A stretch of DNA of 64,000 bases from Gammaproteobacteria bacterium (GCA_015484945.1 WFUO01000035.1:60096-124095); one strand, 5' to 3'. Positions 44,345 through 54,139 are shown, counted from the first letter of the stretch. The notes: generated by a model from the sequence alone, not told the origin. A program made the numbers and translations.

Positions 44345-45397
44345 TCAGGTACGAATCACGACCGGTGTGGCGCCATGCGATTCACGCACCTCGCCGATGA
44401 CAGCGATGTCACCGAACCCCAACCCGGTCAGTTCCTCCATGATGCCATCCACGGCCTCTGGCGCCACCGATACCAACAAGCCGCCGCTCGTCTGTGGATC
44501 GGTGTAGATCAATTCGAAATCCGGGTCAAGATCACCCTCGAAGGCAATCGAATCACCATAGGCGCCAAGATTGCGGTAGGCGCCACCGGGAACGACCCCT
44601 TCCCGGGCCAGGTCATGGACACCTTCCATGACCGGGATCCTTTTCGTATCGACCTGGATCTCGACATCCGCGCCCTCGGCCATTTCCAGCAGATGACCGG
44701 CGAGGCCAAAGCCCGTGATATCCGTAATCGCATGCACGGCCTTTTGCTGCCCCAGCCACGCACCCGGTTTGTTCAGGCGCGACATGACATCGACCACCCG
44801 CGCACGGCCCGCATCGTCCAGCATCTTGATCTTGATCGCCGTGGTCATGATGCCGATCCCCAACGGCTTGGTCAGCAACAGCACATCGCCCGGCCTTGCG
44901 CCAGCATTGGTCTTGATGTTTTCCGGGTGCACGACACCGACGGCGCAAAGACCGAACAACGGCTCCTCGTTGTCGATACTGTGCCCGCCGGCAAGCGGAA
45001 TACCCGCTTCCTTGCACACATCGACGCCACCGCGCATGATCTCCTGCATTGCGTCCAGTGGCAACTTGTTGACCGGGAAGCCGACAATCGAGGTTGCCAG
45101 GATCGGCTGCCCACCCATCGCATAGACATCACTCAGCGCATTGGCTGAAGCGATACGACCAAACGCATAGGGATCATCGACGATGGGCATGAAGAAGTCG
45201 TTGGTCACGATCACGCATTGCGAGTCATTGATCCGGTACACAGCCGCATCATCACTCGACTCTATCCCGACCAGCAGGTCGTTATCACCTGACAGTTTGG
45301 GCACGTTGGAAAGAATCTCATGCAACGCAGCGGGGTCGATCTTGCAGCCACAGCCACCGCCGTGAGAGTGCTGGGTCAGACATACCTGTTCCATCAT
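44345..45397 (-). CDS. selD: Selenophosphate synthetase (Cys form)
   Basis: SHGGGCGCK, DDAAVY, DFFMPIVDDP, NALSDVYAMGG, GGHSID, TDITGFGL.GH, DPQTSGGLL. Confidence 0.96.
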   Translation of the reverse strand: MMEQVCLTQHSHGGGCGCKIDPAALHEILSNVPKLSGDNDLLVGIESSDDAAVYRINDSQCVIVTNDFFMPIVDDPYAFGRIASANALSDVYAMGGQPILATSIVGFPVNKLPLDAMQEIMRGGVDVCKEAGIPLAGGHSIDNEEPLFGLCAVGVVHPENIKTNAGARPGDVLLLTKPLGIGIMTTAIKIKMLDDAGRARVVDVMSRLNKPGAWLGQQKAVHAITDITGFGLAGHLLEMAEGADVEIQVDTKRIPVMEGVHDLAREGVVPGGAYRNLGAYGDSIAFEGDLDPDFELIYTDPQTSGGLLVSVAPEAVDGIMEELTGLGFGDIAVIGEVRESHGATPVVIRT

Positions 45398-45625
45398 GTT
45401 TACCTCCCGGTAAATTCCTTATTCCGCTATCGTCGGATTTGCGGTTTTCTTTACATTATCTGAAAGTCGTTTACATTTCGGATTAAAGTAAATGACCGAC
45501 CGAACGATCTAACTGGCTGAATGATGAAGATTCCGGCCAATGCATGGAAACATCACTGACCAATGAACAGATCGGTGTTTAACCGGGCTTAAGCCATCGG
45601 TTCAATCGAAAACAGGGAAACCATC

Positions 45626-46012
45626 ATGCTCGAATGCAACACAATCAAAGAGGAGCGGGAGCTGGATGCCCGCGTGGCCGAGGCCGTGTTCGGCCATGAA
45701 ATCGAATGGGATGGGTCGAATCCGGTCATCGCGGGAAAGGACAAGCGCGCAGGCAACCCGGTCCCGCATTACTGCACCAATATCGGCGCCTCCTTCATGG
45801 TGGCGCTGGAGTTGCGCCGTCAGGGACATGTGGTCGATATCCATCTCGACAGCAGCGGCATCAGTCTGCGGGTCTGCGACGCACAGGGCAACGAACTGAT
45901 CGAGCACCGCAATATCATCAGCCAGTTCGCCAACCACATGTGTCACGCAGCCCTGGTAGCGGTTGGTGCGGAACGCAGACTTGGTGGAGACCGGCGCAAG
46001 GCCCGCTATTGA
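45626..46012 (+). CDS. BC1872/phage ABA-sandwich-like protein
   Basis: RELDARVAEAVFG, PHYCTNIGASF, MCHAALVAVG resemble the family pattern; AGGGA RBS. Confidence 0.6.
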   Translation: MLECNTIKEERELDARVAEAVFGHEIEWDGSNPVIAGKDKRAGNPVPHYCTNIGASFMVALELRRQGHVVDIHLDSSGISLRVCDAQGNELIEHRNIISQFANHMCHAALVAVGAERRLGGDRRKARY

Positions 46013-46596
46013 CCCGGCACCGGCGCCGGGCCACGTAGCCAGGCATGGCGCCACGGACCCGCACCCAGCGCCGTCAGCCGCTCGAGCAGGATATTGCCCG
46101 GAACAGCCTCGTGTGGATAGACCTGCCAGATCTCGACGAACAGGCGGCCGAAGGCCAGCGTCCGCCGCCAGCCCAGCGTCAATGGATCCACCTCGCTGTC
46201 GCAGTTCCGGCAAGGCCACAAGGCAGGATACACCCACGACTGTGCCAGCCATTCGGTCAGGCCATGCAGCGGCTCGCTGCAATGCGGACAGCCCGGCAAT
46301 CGGGTATTGTCCCCCGTCTGGACGATGACATCCGGACATTCCCGCACGACAACATGGGTGACCCGTGAGACATCGATACGCCCGCCGGCATCGGCCGCGA
46401 GTTCGATCGCGGGTGAACAACCCAAAAACACGATGTGATTGAGAAACGCCTCCCCGGCCAGAAAGCGGGCTGGCGAACCGGCATCAAAGCAGGCGCCGAC
46501 CAGCCCGATCTCCTGCAACAGCCCAGTCAGCACTGACGCCGAGAGAGAACCCGCCGGCGTGGCGGGAAACAGGATCAGGCGCGGAATATCATGCAT
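46006..46596 (-). CDS. Hypothetical protein with CxxC...CxxC zinc-ribbon-like motif
   Basis: FLGCSP, CPHC, CRNC, W.VYPHEAVP; fills gap between neighbours. Confidence 0.7.
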   Translation of the reverse strand: MHDIPRLILFPATPAGSLSASVLTGLLQEIGLVGACFDAGSPARFLAGEAFLNHIVFLGCSPAIELAADAGGRIDVSRVTHVVVRECPDVIVQTGDNTRLPGCPHCSEPLHGLTEWLAQSWVYPALWPCRNCDSEVDPLTLGWRRTLAFGRLFVEIWQVYPHEAVPGNILLERLTALGAGPWRHAWLRGPAPVPGQ

Positions 46597-46725
46597 CCGT
46601 GCATGATACGCAAAAGCGTGACAAAAAACATGCGTCCGACCGGATAGCATGATATTTGGCTTGGAACACCCGCTAAAATATGGGACGATTGGTCTCCACA
46701 CATGTCCAGAAAGGCAAGCAATCCC

Positions 46726-47463
46726 ATGAAACGACTGACGATCATTCTCTCCCTGGCCGGCGCCATCACTCTTGCCGGCTGCAAGGACAAACAGGCCGGC
46801 AAAGACGCACAGGCAGAAAAACCGGGGGCCGCGTTCAAGCTCGACAGTGACAAGCGCAGGCTCAGCTATGCCATCGGCTACAGCCTTGGCAGGCGCATGG
46901 TGGCGGATGGCGTACCGATGGATCCCGATGCCCTCGCGCTTGCCATCAGACACGCTGCCACAAAGCAAAAACCGATCATGTCGCCCAAGGAAATGATGGG
47001 CGCCATTCGCAAGTTCCAGAAGCAACGCATCGAGCGGATGCGAAAGGCCATGCTCGAGCGCAACCGCAACGCCATCGCACGCAAGAAGCTGGGGGAGGAT
47101 TTTCTCGCCGCCAACAGCAAGAAGAAGGGTGTCGTTACGTTGAAAAGCGGGCTGCAGTACCGTGTCATCAAGGCCGGCACCGGTAAATCACCCAAACCGA
47201 CCGATACCGTGGTCGTCCACTACACCGGCCGGCTCGTCGATGGCAAGGTGTTCGACAGTTCGATAAAACGCCAGACCCCCGCGGTATTCCGCGTCAACGG
47301 CGTGATCAAGGGCTGGCAGGAGATTCTGCCACTGATGAAGGAAGGCGCGCGCTGGGAGGTCTTCATTCCCTACCAACTCGCCTATGGCGCGCGTGGCGCC
47401 GGGAGCGCCATTGGTCCGTACGAGGCCCTGGTATTCGAGATCAACCTGATCAAGGTGAAATAA
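46726..47463 (+). CDS. FKBP-type PPIase lipoprotein (Mip/FkpA/FklB-like)
   Basis: Lipobox LAGC; SYAIG N-domain, SGLQY, VHYTG.L.DG.VFDSS, VIKGWQE. Confidence 0.92.
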   Translation: MKRLTIILSLAGAITLAGCKDKQAGKDAQAEKPGAAFKLDSDKRRLSYAIGYSLGRRMVADGVPMDPDALALAIRHAATKQKPIMSPKEMMGAIRKFQKQRIERMRKAMLERNRNAIARKKLGEDFLAANSKKKGVVTLKSGLQYRVIKAGTGKSPKPTDTVVVHYTGRLVDGKVFDSSIKRQTPAVFRVNGVIKGWQEILPLMKEGARWEVFIPYQLAYGARGAGSAIGPYEALVFEINLIKVK

Positions 47464-47527
47464 TGCCGGGCCGGCAGGGTGCACTTGCCCTGCCGGCAGG
47501 CTTCACGCGCTGGCGTAATAAGACCCG

Positions 47528-49963
47528 GTGAAACTGACCGCCCCGCACCGTTTCAAGATTCTCATCCTGGGTATCGCCCTGGTAATGCTGGCACTGAGCT
47601 ATCGTCCTTCCGGACAATGGCTGGACGACATCATGTACGATTTTGCCATTGGCCTGATGCCAAAGGGGTCAATGGCACACAACAAACTCGTCATCATCGC
47701 CATCACACCGCACGACGAACGTCGTTTCGGCCCCTGGCCCTGGCCACGTCAGCGGGTTGCGCGCATGATCGATGTGCTGGGCAAACATCGGGTGCAGCGT
47801 ATCGGCCTGTTACTGGATCTCGACACACCACAGACACCGGCGATGCTGCCGCGCCTGCGTGAAGAGCTGCGCGCCATCCTGCCCGATGCAGAACTGGTGC
47901 AACGCCTGACCCGGCTGATCGACAGTGATGCCGCGATGACCGATGCCATCAGCGGGCATCCCGAAGTCTATATCGCCATGCGATGGCAATCGGCTTCCAA
48001 TACCCCCCGTATCGACGAGCGCCTGGTGCGGCTCGCGATCGGCAGTGTGCCACCGACGGATGATCTGCTGTCGATTCTGGGACGCCATCCAGTCGAGGAC
48101 AATGCCCGACTGCGCCTCCCCCTGCCCGCCTTCATCCAGGCTGCCCGCGCAACAGGCGTCAGCGAGTGGCCACGGCCGGGTCAGTCTGCGCGCAGCATCC
48201 GCCTGGCCTATAGGATCGACCGTTACCTGCTGCCATCCTTCGCACTGCTGATGGCCAGGGGCAGGCGCCCGGACAACATCCATTTCCTGCGCGAGCTCAG
48301 ACCGCACAACTATCGCATTCGCCCGCAACCCGCCGGCGTTACCGTTCAGCAGCGGCCCTTCTACCGCTACACTGCCAGCGAACTCCTGCAAGGCAAGATC
48401 CGCACAAGCCTGTTGCGAGGCAGTATCGTCATCATCGGCACCGAACTGCCGCAGCGTGACAATTGGTGGCTTGCGCCAGGCGGCACCCATGCCACACCCC
48501 TGTTCGTTGAAGCGATGGCCACGGCCACCGTGCTCAACAACAACCGGATACATTTGCCGGCCTGGTTCCATCCTGCCCAACGCGGGCTGCTGTTACTGCT
48601 TGCCGTGTACCTGATACTGATACCCGCGCGACTGCATGGCCGCACCATGCTCATCATCAATGGCCTGCTCGGTATCGGCATGCTCAATGCGTCGGTCATC
48701 GTTCTGCTGGCACAGAAAACCTGGCTGCCGCTCGCGTTGCCTGCCTTCTATCTGCTGGGCATGCAGGTGCTGATCAGCTGGCGCCACCGTATCCGGCGCG
48801 CCCTCGAAGAGCTCGCACACGAAGCCGGGCATGTACGTTACCAACTGGCCATCAACCTGCAATCCCAGGGACAACTGGACATGGCGTTCGACCAACTGCG
48901 TCAGGCACCGGCCGACGCAGACAGCCTGGCGGCCATGTACCAATTGGGTCTGGATTTCGAACGCCGCAGGCAGTACAGCAAGGCGCTCGAGGCCTACCAT
49001 CACATCTTCAAACACGACAGCCACTGGCGTGATACGGGTGAACGCATACAACGCCTGAAAAAACTCTCCGCCCCGGCCAGCACTGTGGCAGGAACCACTC
49101 ACGCGGCCACGATCGTGGTCGATGACCCGGCCATCGAAACCCCGCGTATCGGCCGTTTCGACATTCAGCACGAGCTCGGACGCGGCGCCATGGGCATGGT
49201 GTATCTTGCCATCGACCCGGAAATCGAGCGCCAGGTCGCAATCAAAACCCTGGCGCTGACGCACGAATTTGAAGGCAAGGCCCTGGAAGATGCGCGTGAA
49301 CGTTTCCGGCGTGAGGCCGCCGCCGCTGGCCGGCTGGAACACCCTAATATCGTCGGCGTGCATGATATCGGCGAGGAACACGATATCGCCTATATCGCCA
49401 TGGACTATGCCCCCGGCAAGAGCCTGGACAACTATACCGATCCCGACCGTCTGCTGCCGGTAGAGGAGGTACTGGAAATAGGCATTCAGGTTGCTGATGC
49501 ACTTGACTACGCACACCGTAACAAGGTCGTGCACCGCGACATCAAGCCTGCCAACCTGATCTACGATCACAGCGATCACCGTATCCGGATCACTGATTTC
49601 GGTGTGGCCTCCATGGTCGATGACTCGCGCACCCGTACCGGCACCGTGCTGGGCAGTCCCTCATACATGTCACCGGAACAGGTCAGGGGACAGAAACTGG
49701 ATGGCCGCACCGACCTCTACTCGCTTGGTGTCACGCTCTACCAGTTACTGACCGGCAGACTGCCCTTCACCGGCGACTCGCTCGCCAACCTGATGCACCG
49801 GATCATCAATGACAGGCACAAGGGCATTGGCACGATCAGAAAGGGGCTACCGGGCTGCGCCAGCCGTATCGTCAACAAGGCCCTGCAGAAAGACCGTGAC
49901 AAACGCTTCCAGACCGGCGCAGAAATGAAGGAAGCGCTGCAACGCTGCCTGAAAAAACTGTAG
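47528..49963 (+). CDS. CHASE2-domain membrane Hanks-type Ser/Thr kinase
   Basis: GPWPWPR CHASE2 motif, 3 TM, TPR-like linker, GRGAMG, VAIK, HRDIKPAN, DFG, GSPSYMSPEQ. Confidence 0.93.
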   Translation: MKLTAPHRFKILILGIALVMLALSYRPSGQWLDDIMYDFAIGLMPKGSMAHNKLVIIAITPHDERRFGPWPWPRQRVARMIDVLGKHRVQRIGLLLDLDTPQTPAMLPRLREELRAILPDAELVQRLTRLIDSDAAMTDAISGHPEVYIAMRWQSASNTPRIDERLVRLAIGSVPPTDDLLSILGRHPVEDNARLRLPLPAFIQAARATGVSEWPRPGQSARSIRLAYRIDRYLLPSFALLMARGRRPDNIHFLRELRPHNYRIRPQPAGVTVQQRPFYRYTASELLQGKIRTSLLRGSIVIIGTELPQRDNWWLAPGGTHATPLFVEAMATATVLNNNRIHLPAWFHPAQRGLLLLLAVYLILIPARLHGRTMLIINGLLGIGMLNASVIVLLAQKTWLPLALPAFYLLGMQVLISWRHRIRRALEELAHEAGHVRYQLAINLQSQGQLDMAFDQLRQAPADADSLAAMYQLGLDFERRRQYSKALEAYHHIFKHDSHWRDTGERIQRLKKLSAPASTVAGTTHAATIVVDDPAIETPRIGRFDIQHELGRGAMGMVYLAIDPEIERQVAIKTLALTHEFEGKALEDARERFRREAAAAGRLEHPNIVGVHDIGEEHDIAYIAMDYAPGKSLDNYTDPDRLLPVEEVLEIGIQVADALDYAHRNKVVHRDIKPANLIYDHSDHRIRITDFGVASMVDDSRTRTGTVLGSPSYMSPEQVRGQKLDGRTDLYSLGVTLYQLLTGRLPFTGDSLANLMHRIINDRHKGIGTIRKGLPGCASRIVNKALQKDRDKRFQTGAEMKEALQRCLKKL

Positions 49964-50071
49964 AAAGCCCAACAGGCATGGAGCGATGGCCGGAACGTGG
50001 CATATCCCGGTTCATTGCATTCAGACCAATTGAATGCCCGGCATACCGGCTTCACTGCCGCAAAGTCCGTC

Positions 50072-50440
50072 TCAGCCACCCTGTTCCGGATCGTCGGGCA
50101 GGAAGATACGCGTACTGTCGTACGGTTGGGTCTGTTCATCGAAATAGCGCAGGCTCAGACTGCCGATCTGGATCAGATCATCGTGCTTGAGGCGGTGACG
50201 ATCGATCCGGCGGCCATTGATACGCGTACCATTGGTGCTGTCCAGATCCTCGATGACGGCCTCTATCTGTCCTTCCAGGTAGGGGCTGGGTCGAACATGG
50301 ATCACGGCATGTTCGCCGCTCACAGTGCCATCGTCCACGTGCAGGGTATTTCCCGGATTGCGGCCGACAGTGAAATCGCCCACGTTCAGGGGATATTCCC
50401 TGACGACGATATCTTCCTGAATATGAAACAACTTGGGCAT
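50072..50440 (-). CDS. Stand-alone FHA-domain protein
   Basis: VGR, VSGEHA, DLDSTNGT..NG, L..DD.I.IG (alternative start 50467). Confidence 0.9.
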   Translation of the reverse strand: MPKLFHIQEDIVVREYPLNVGDFTVGRNPGNTLHVDDGTVSGEHAVIHVRPSPYLEGQIEAVIEDLDSTNGTRINGRRIDRHRLKHDDLIQIGSLSLRYFDEQTQPYDSTRIFLPDDPEQGG

Positions 50441-50546
50441 GCCATTGAATCCGTCTGGTTGTATCACTCACGCTCCGGAAGACCCGGCTGCGAAGAATTA
50501 TACAACAACCTGACGGCAATGACCGATTGGAATGACAGCATGCTAG

Positions 50547-53009
50547 CTAGATCGCCTGTCTGGTCACATCCACGATATCACCGACGGCAATCACCTGTTC
50601 GAACATCTGCCGCACCCGCGTGGCATGGTGAGGTGAACGGTTGTGCAACCTTTCAAGCGCGGTATTCACTTCGACGGATTCCGGCGCCACAGATCTGCCG
50701 GCGATCAGCTTGACCACACAGTACTCATGCCGCAGTGCCTCGTCGATGAAACGCTTTCTGTCAGACTCCGAGTCGAAATCGTCGCTGCTTGCCACGAAGA
50801 TATCGAAACGCGCCCTTCCCGGGCACTGCTTGCGGAACATATACAGCAACAGACTGGCGGTATCGTTCCCCCTGCGCAACTGGCTGGTGAGTGACAGCAA
50901 CCGTGATGGCAGACTCATGGCGCTGAAATCATGATAGCCGGGTTCGATCTCGAAAAACGCGGACAGGGCGTTCCCGGATCGTGGAAGGGCAACAAACACA
51001 TCCCGCTCGCCATCGTCTCCACGGGTGACGAAAAACGGTATGGTAGCAGTATTGTCGGCGACATAGGTCTGGTAGATTCGCGCCCTTGCCGCGTCGATGG
51101 TATCCATCATCTCGAGTTTCATCTTTTCGCGGTTTTGATTGATGAGCATACGGAAGAAGGCACTGTAGTCGTCACTCGCCGTGGACCCCAATCGGTACAG
51201 TCCCATCCTTGGCTGCTCGCCGGCATGAATATTCTTTATCTCGTATCTCATGTTCTTGAGCTTTATGCGCGACTGCACCTTCTTTTGCAAGGTTGGGAAT
51301 GAAACCAGCACGCGTTCTCCCGCCTTCAGCGATTCAGGCAGGTGATCGAAGCTGTTGATGTCCAGGCAAAGTCCGCGCGTTGAGATATCCATGGACTCGG
51401 CATGCAGTATCTGGCCATTGTAATCAAGCTCTACCCGTACCCGCACCATGTACCTGTCTTCCACCCGGCTTTCGACATGATTCATGCTGACCGTACAGGC
51501 CTCGATATCGCCACAATTCGGGCTGTCGGCCTTTGCCAGCCCATCACCCTCACGGATCAGACCACCCTCGGCCGCTGCGATATTGTCGAAATCATAACCT
51601 GCGAGGATATCGGTAACATCGGCCATGCTGCCGACCGCAAGCACCGAATCGAGCCGCTGCACGAGTGCGCTGGCGGCTTCGCGTGACTTGTTCTTCAGCC
51701 TGCTGGTCTTGAAATCCAGCTTGGCGGCATCGAGCCTGCCGGGCGGTCTGGCCGAAAGACGGAATATCCGTGTATTTTTCTTGTGAACATGTAATCCCGC
51801 CAGTGCCAGCCATTCGGCATCGCTTTTCATGTCACAATCACACACAGTGGCCGGACGTCCATCGTCTTCATAGATCATCATCAACGGACTGGCGCGCCCT
51901 TCCAATTCCTTGCGCTGCAACAATGTCTCGATGATCGCCGATGAAAACAGGTTGCGCACGCCATGACCACCCCCACTGCCGGAGAAAACCGTCAGCAGAT
52001 CCTGGTTGCCCTGATTGACGGGAATCTCCACATGATTGGGCCTGCCATGCTCATCACCATAAACAATGAATGGTATGACACGGGTTGCCGCACTGTAGTA
52101 GATCTCGGCCAGCAGGGATTCACTGGTCTCGATCTCGTCCTCGTGATCCAGTCTGCGTCTGCCGCGCGAATGTTTAAGCTCGCTTTCCATGAGCTTGCCA
52201 ATGAAGCTCTCGACACGCACGATAGCGGGATCGGTACACATCATGCGCACCCGGTAATCATTCTTGACCCGCTCCATACCCAGGATCCGGTACTGAACAT
52301 TGACCAGGTTGGCGCCCTTCTCCTCGTTGAAATCGGTGAACGTGACCAGCACGGTCATATCGGCAGCCAGGTCCAGTGGATGGCGTGAATAGACCTGCAG
52401 GCCACGCCGGGAGATGTCATAGGTCTTGAGCGGCAGCACCATGTCGTCGGCCATGATCTGCACCCGGGTGGTGTATTGCAGACGCTCGTCACGGCGCTTG
52501 CGGAAAAAACCCAGTGATATGACCTCCGGCCTCTTGCCGCCTTGCAAATAGACGGAAAATGGTTCGCTCTCGTCCTGTTGCTCGCGCATCTCGTCGTCGA
52601 AACGATACAGTTCATCACTCTGTGAGAGCGCCTGGCGTCGGGCCTCCTCGATTGCGCGATTGGTATGACTGGCGTTCATGATGGTCTCGAACAGACCAAC
52701 CGTATAGACACCGCCGTTCTCTTTCAGCCCGCGAGAGAAGATGTCATAGGTGATATCATCCATCCAGAACACCTGGTTACGGAATGAATAACTCTTGCAC
52801 TCGTAGGGCACCTTGCCGCGCATATCGATGGCGATCATGCACTCGCGATTGCGACGCAATTCATCCATGCGTTTGATGAAGTCATAGGAAAACGATCCCA
52901 CACGCACTTTTTCGACCACCAGCTCCTTCTCACTGGCATCGGCCGACTTGCGCATGTAATGCTTCAGCTCCGTCAATACCTCATCGTCATGAATATCGTC
53001 TCCGGTCAT
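50547..53009 (-). CDS. Large tandem PilZ-domain protein
   Basis: RRDER + DISRRG and RVEDR + DISTRG PilZ motif pairs. Confidence 0.8.
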   Translation of the reverse strand: MTGDDIHDDEVLTELKHYMRKSADASEKELVVEKVRVGSFSYDFIKRMDELRRNRECMIAIDMRGKVPYECKSYSFRNQVFWMDDITYDIFSRGLKENGGVYTVGLFETIMNASHTNRAIEEARRQALSQSDELYRFDDEMREQQDESEPFSVYLQGGKRPEVISLGFFRKRRDERLQYTTRVQIMADDMVLPLKTYDISRRGLQVYSRHPLDLAADMTVLVTFTDFNEEKGANLVNVQYRILGMERVKNDYRVRMMCTDPAIVRVESFIGKLMESELKHSRGRRRLDHEDEIETSESLLAEIYYSAATRVIPFIVYGDEHGRPNHVEIPVNQGNQDLLTVFSGSGGGHGVRNLFSSAIIETLLQRKELEGRASPLMMIYEDDGRPATVCDCDMKSDAEWLALAGLHVHKKNTRIFRLSARPPGRLDAAKLDFKTSRLKNKSREAASALVQRLDSVLAVGSMADVTDILAGYDFDNIAAAEGGLIREGDGLAKADSPNCGDIEACTVSMNHVESRVEDRYMVRVRVELDYNGQILHAESMDISTRGLCLDINSFDHLPESLKAGERVLVSFPTLQKKVQSRIKLKNMRYEIKNIHAGEQPRMGLYRLGSTASDDYSAFFRMLINQNREKMKLEMMDTIDAARARIYQTYVADNTATIPFFVTRGDDGERDVFVALPRSGNALSAFFEIEPGYHDFSAMSLPSRLLSLTSQLRRGNDTASLLLYMFRKQCPGRARFDIFVASSDDFDSESDRKRFIDEALRHEYCVVKLIAGRSVAPESVEVNTALERLHNRSPHHATRVRQMFEQVIAVGDIVDVTRQAI

Positions 53010-53245
53010 TACACAGCCCGTTCGTTATGGTCTCGATAAAAATGATCGCGCATACCACATGCCCGACAGACTCACTGCATTGGAGAAGTTATGACTGATC
53101 CCGGGTGGCGTCATGAGCGAGAAAATGGCCGGATTCCAGGGCGTATCGCGATCAACCGCCGAAACATCGCCGGGATCCGCTACACAGAAGCCGGACATTT
53201 CAAGCGCTCGGCAACAGCGCGGGCCAATCAGAGCCTCCCCCCAGC

Positions 53246-53272
53246 TTATCGGCAAAACGGGAAAATGCTTGA
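53246..53272 (-). promoter_or_regulatory. Sigma28 (FliA) promoter upstream of PilZ gene
   Basis: Minus strand TCAAG-N14-GCCGATAA (consensus -10). Confidence 0.75.
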
Positions 53273-53319
53273 AATATTCGTGAAATGGGTGAGGAGTTTA
53301 TTGAAGGAGTCCGTGTGGA

Positions 53320-53712
53320 TCAGGCGGTCTGTTCCCACGCAAACGAACAATCCAGCTGGGCGCGTACCATCATCAGACCACGCAGCCCCTTGCTGACGAT
53401 GACTGCGGTCGGGCTCATGCCGTCGAAACGCTTGTGTGGGCTCAGCATCCATTGTGAGGCCATGCGGTAGTTGCGCGGGAAGGTGGTACGCAGGGCGTCG
53501 GCGATACCGACGATGTGCTCGAGACGCTCCATCACCTCATCGGTCTCGGGCAGTGGTGTGTTGTCACGATACTTGCGTATCGCCCGGGTGCGGGTGCCGG
53601 CAGGCAGTCCCAGCACGCCGATCTGGTCGGAATCGCTGATCCCCCATTCATCGAGCAGGCCGATGACCGCGCGGCTCAGGGCGATACGTGCCTCCAGATC
53701 CGTTTCCTGCAT
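53320..53712 (-). CDS. Xre/MbcA/ParS-antitoxin-like (DUF2384) protein, no adjacent toxin
   Basis: LLDEWG...LGL, L...FP......WM..P..RFDG.SP C-terminal pattern; AGGAG RBS. Confidence 0.75.
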   Translation of the reverse strand: MQETDLEARIALSRAVIGLLDEWGISDSDQIGVLGLPAGTRTRAIRKYRDNTPLPETDEVMERLEHIVGIADALRTTFPRNYRMASQWMLSPHKRFDGMSPTAVIVSKGLRGLMMVRAQLDCSFAWEQTA

Positions 53713-53826
53713 GGTTTCTCTCCTGCCCGTGGGGCATCATCATATAGTTCGAGTATACACCATCAGCGTGGCGCTTTGACCGGACAAAGCACAAGGTTAC
53801 CGGGGCTCCCCCAGGCAAGGGTGAAA

Positions 53827-53992
53827 TCCACACAGCGCACACGGAGACTCGAAGGCATTCGAATATGCTGGCAAGGCCACCCCATGCCACCTCTCGCAAA
53901 ACCTGGCCGCGCACGGCCGTCTGTTTACCTCTGCGTTCTCCGCGTCTTGGCGTTCTTCGCGTTGATGACATGCCGTTGGCAGGTGACATGCC
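53827..53992. repeat. Mosaic intergenic repeat F (degenerate CACGGAG arm plus CTTGGCG unit)
   Basis: 53946-53992 matches 23204-23250 at 37/47. Confidence 0.72.
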
Positions 53993-54013
53993 AGCGCTGC
54001 CCGGAACCTATGA

Positions 54014-54139
54014 CCTGACCGATTCCGGGTAGATGATGGCTAGGCGCAGAACCGCGAGGAAAGCGCAGTTTACATACAGTAAATGAGCATTTCCGAGACG
54101 GTTCTGCAACACCGCCAGCGCTGCCCGGAATCGGTCAGG
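54014..54139. mobile_element. 126-bp ERIC/IRU-like palindromic element overlapping the rlmKL stop
   Basis: CCTGACCGATTCCGGGYAG terminal inverted repeats (18/19); inner GCAGAACCG/CGGTTCTGC; core AGTTTACATACAGTAAATGA. Confidence 0.78.

Noticed and set aside
45340..45370. Possible selenocysteine (TGA) in SelD active site
   Set aside because: Codons read GGC TGT GGC TGC AAG (G-C-G-C-K); no in-frame TGA
47470..47497. GCCGGCAGGG/CCCTGCCGGC hairpin after the FKBP gene as a terminator
   Set aside because: Strong stem but no U-tract on either strand; function unsupported
53010..53245. Long leader of the PilZ gene as a c-di-GMP riboswitch
   Set aside because: Could not identify the conserved aptamer stems by eye; an Rfam scan would be needed
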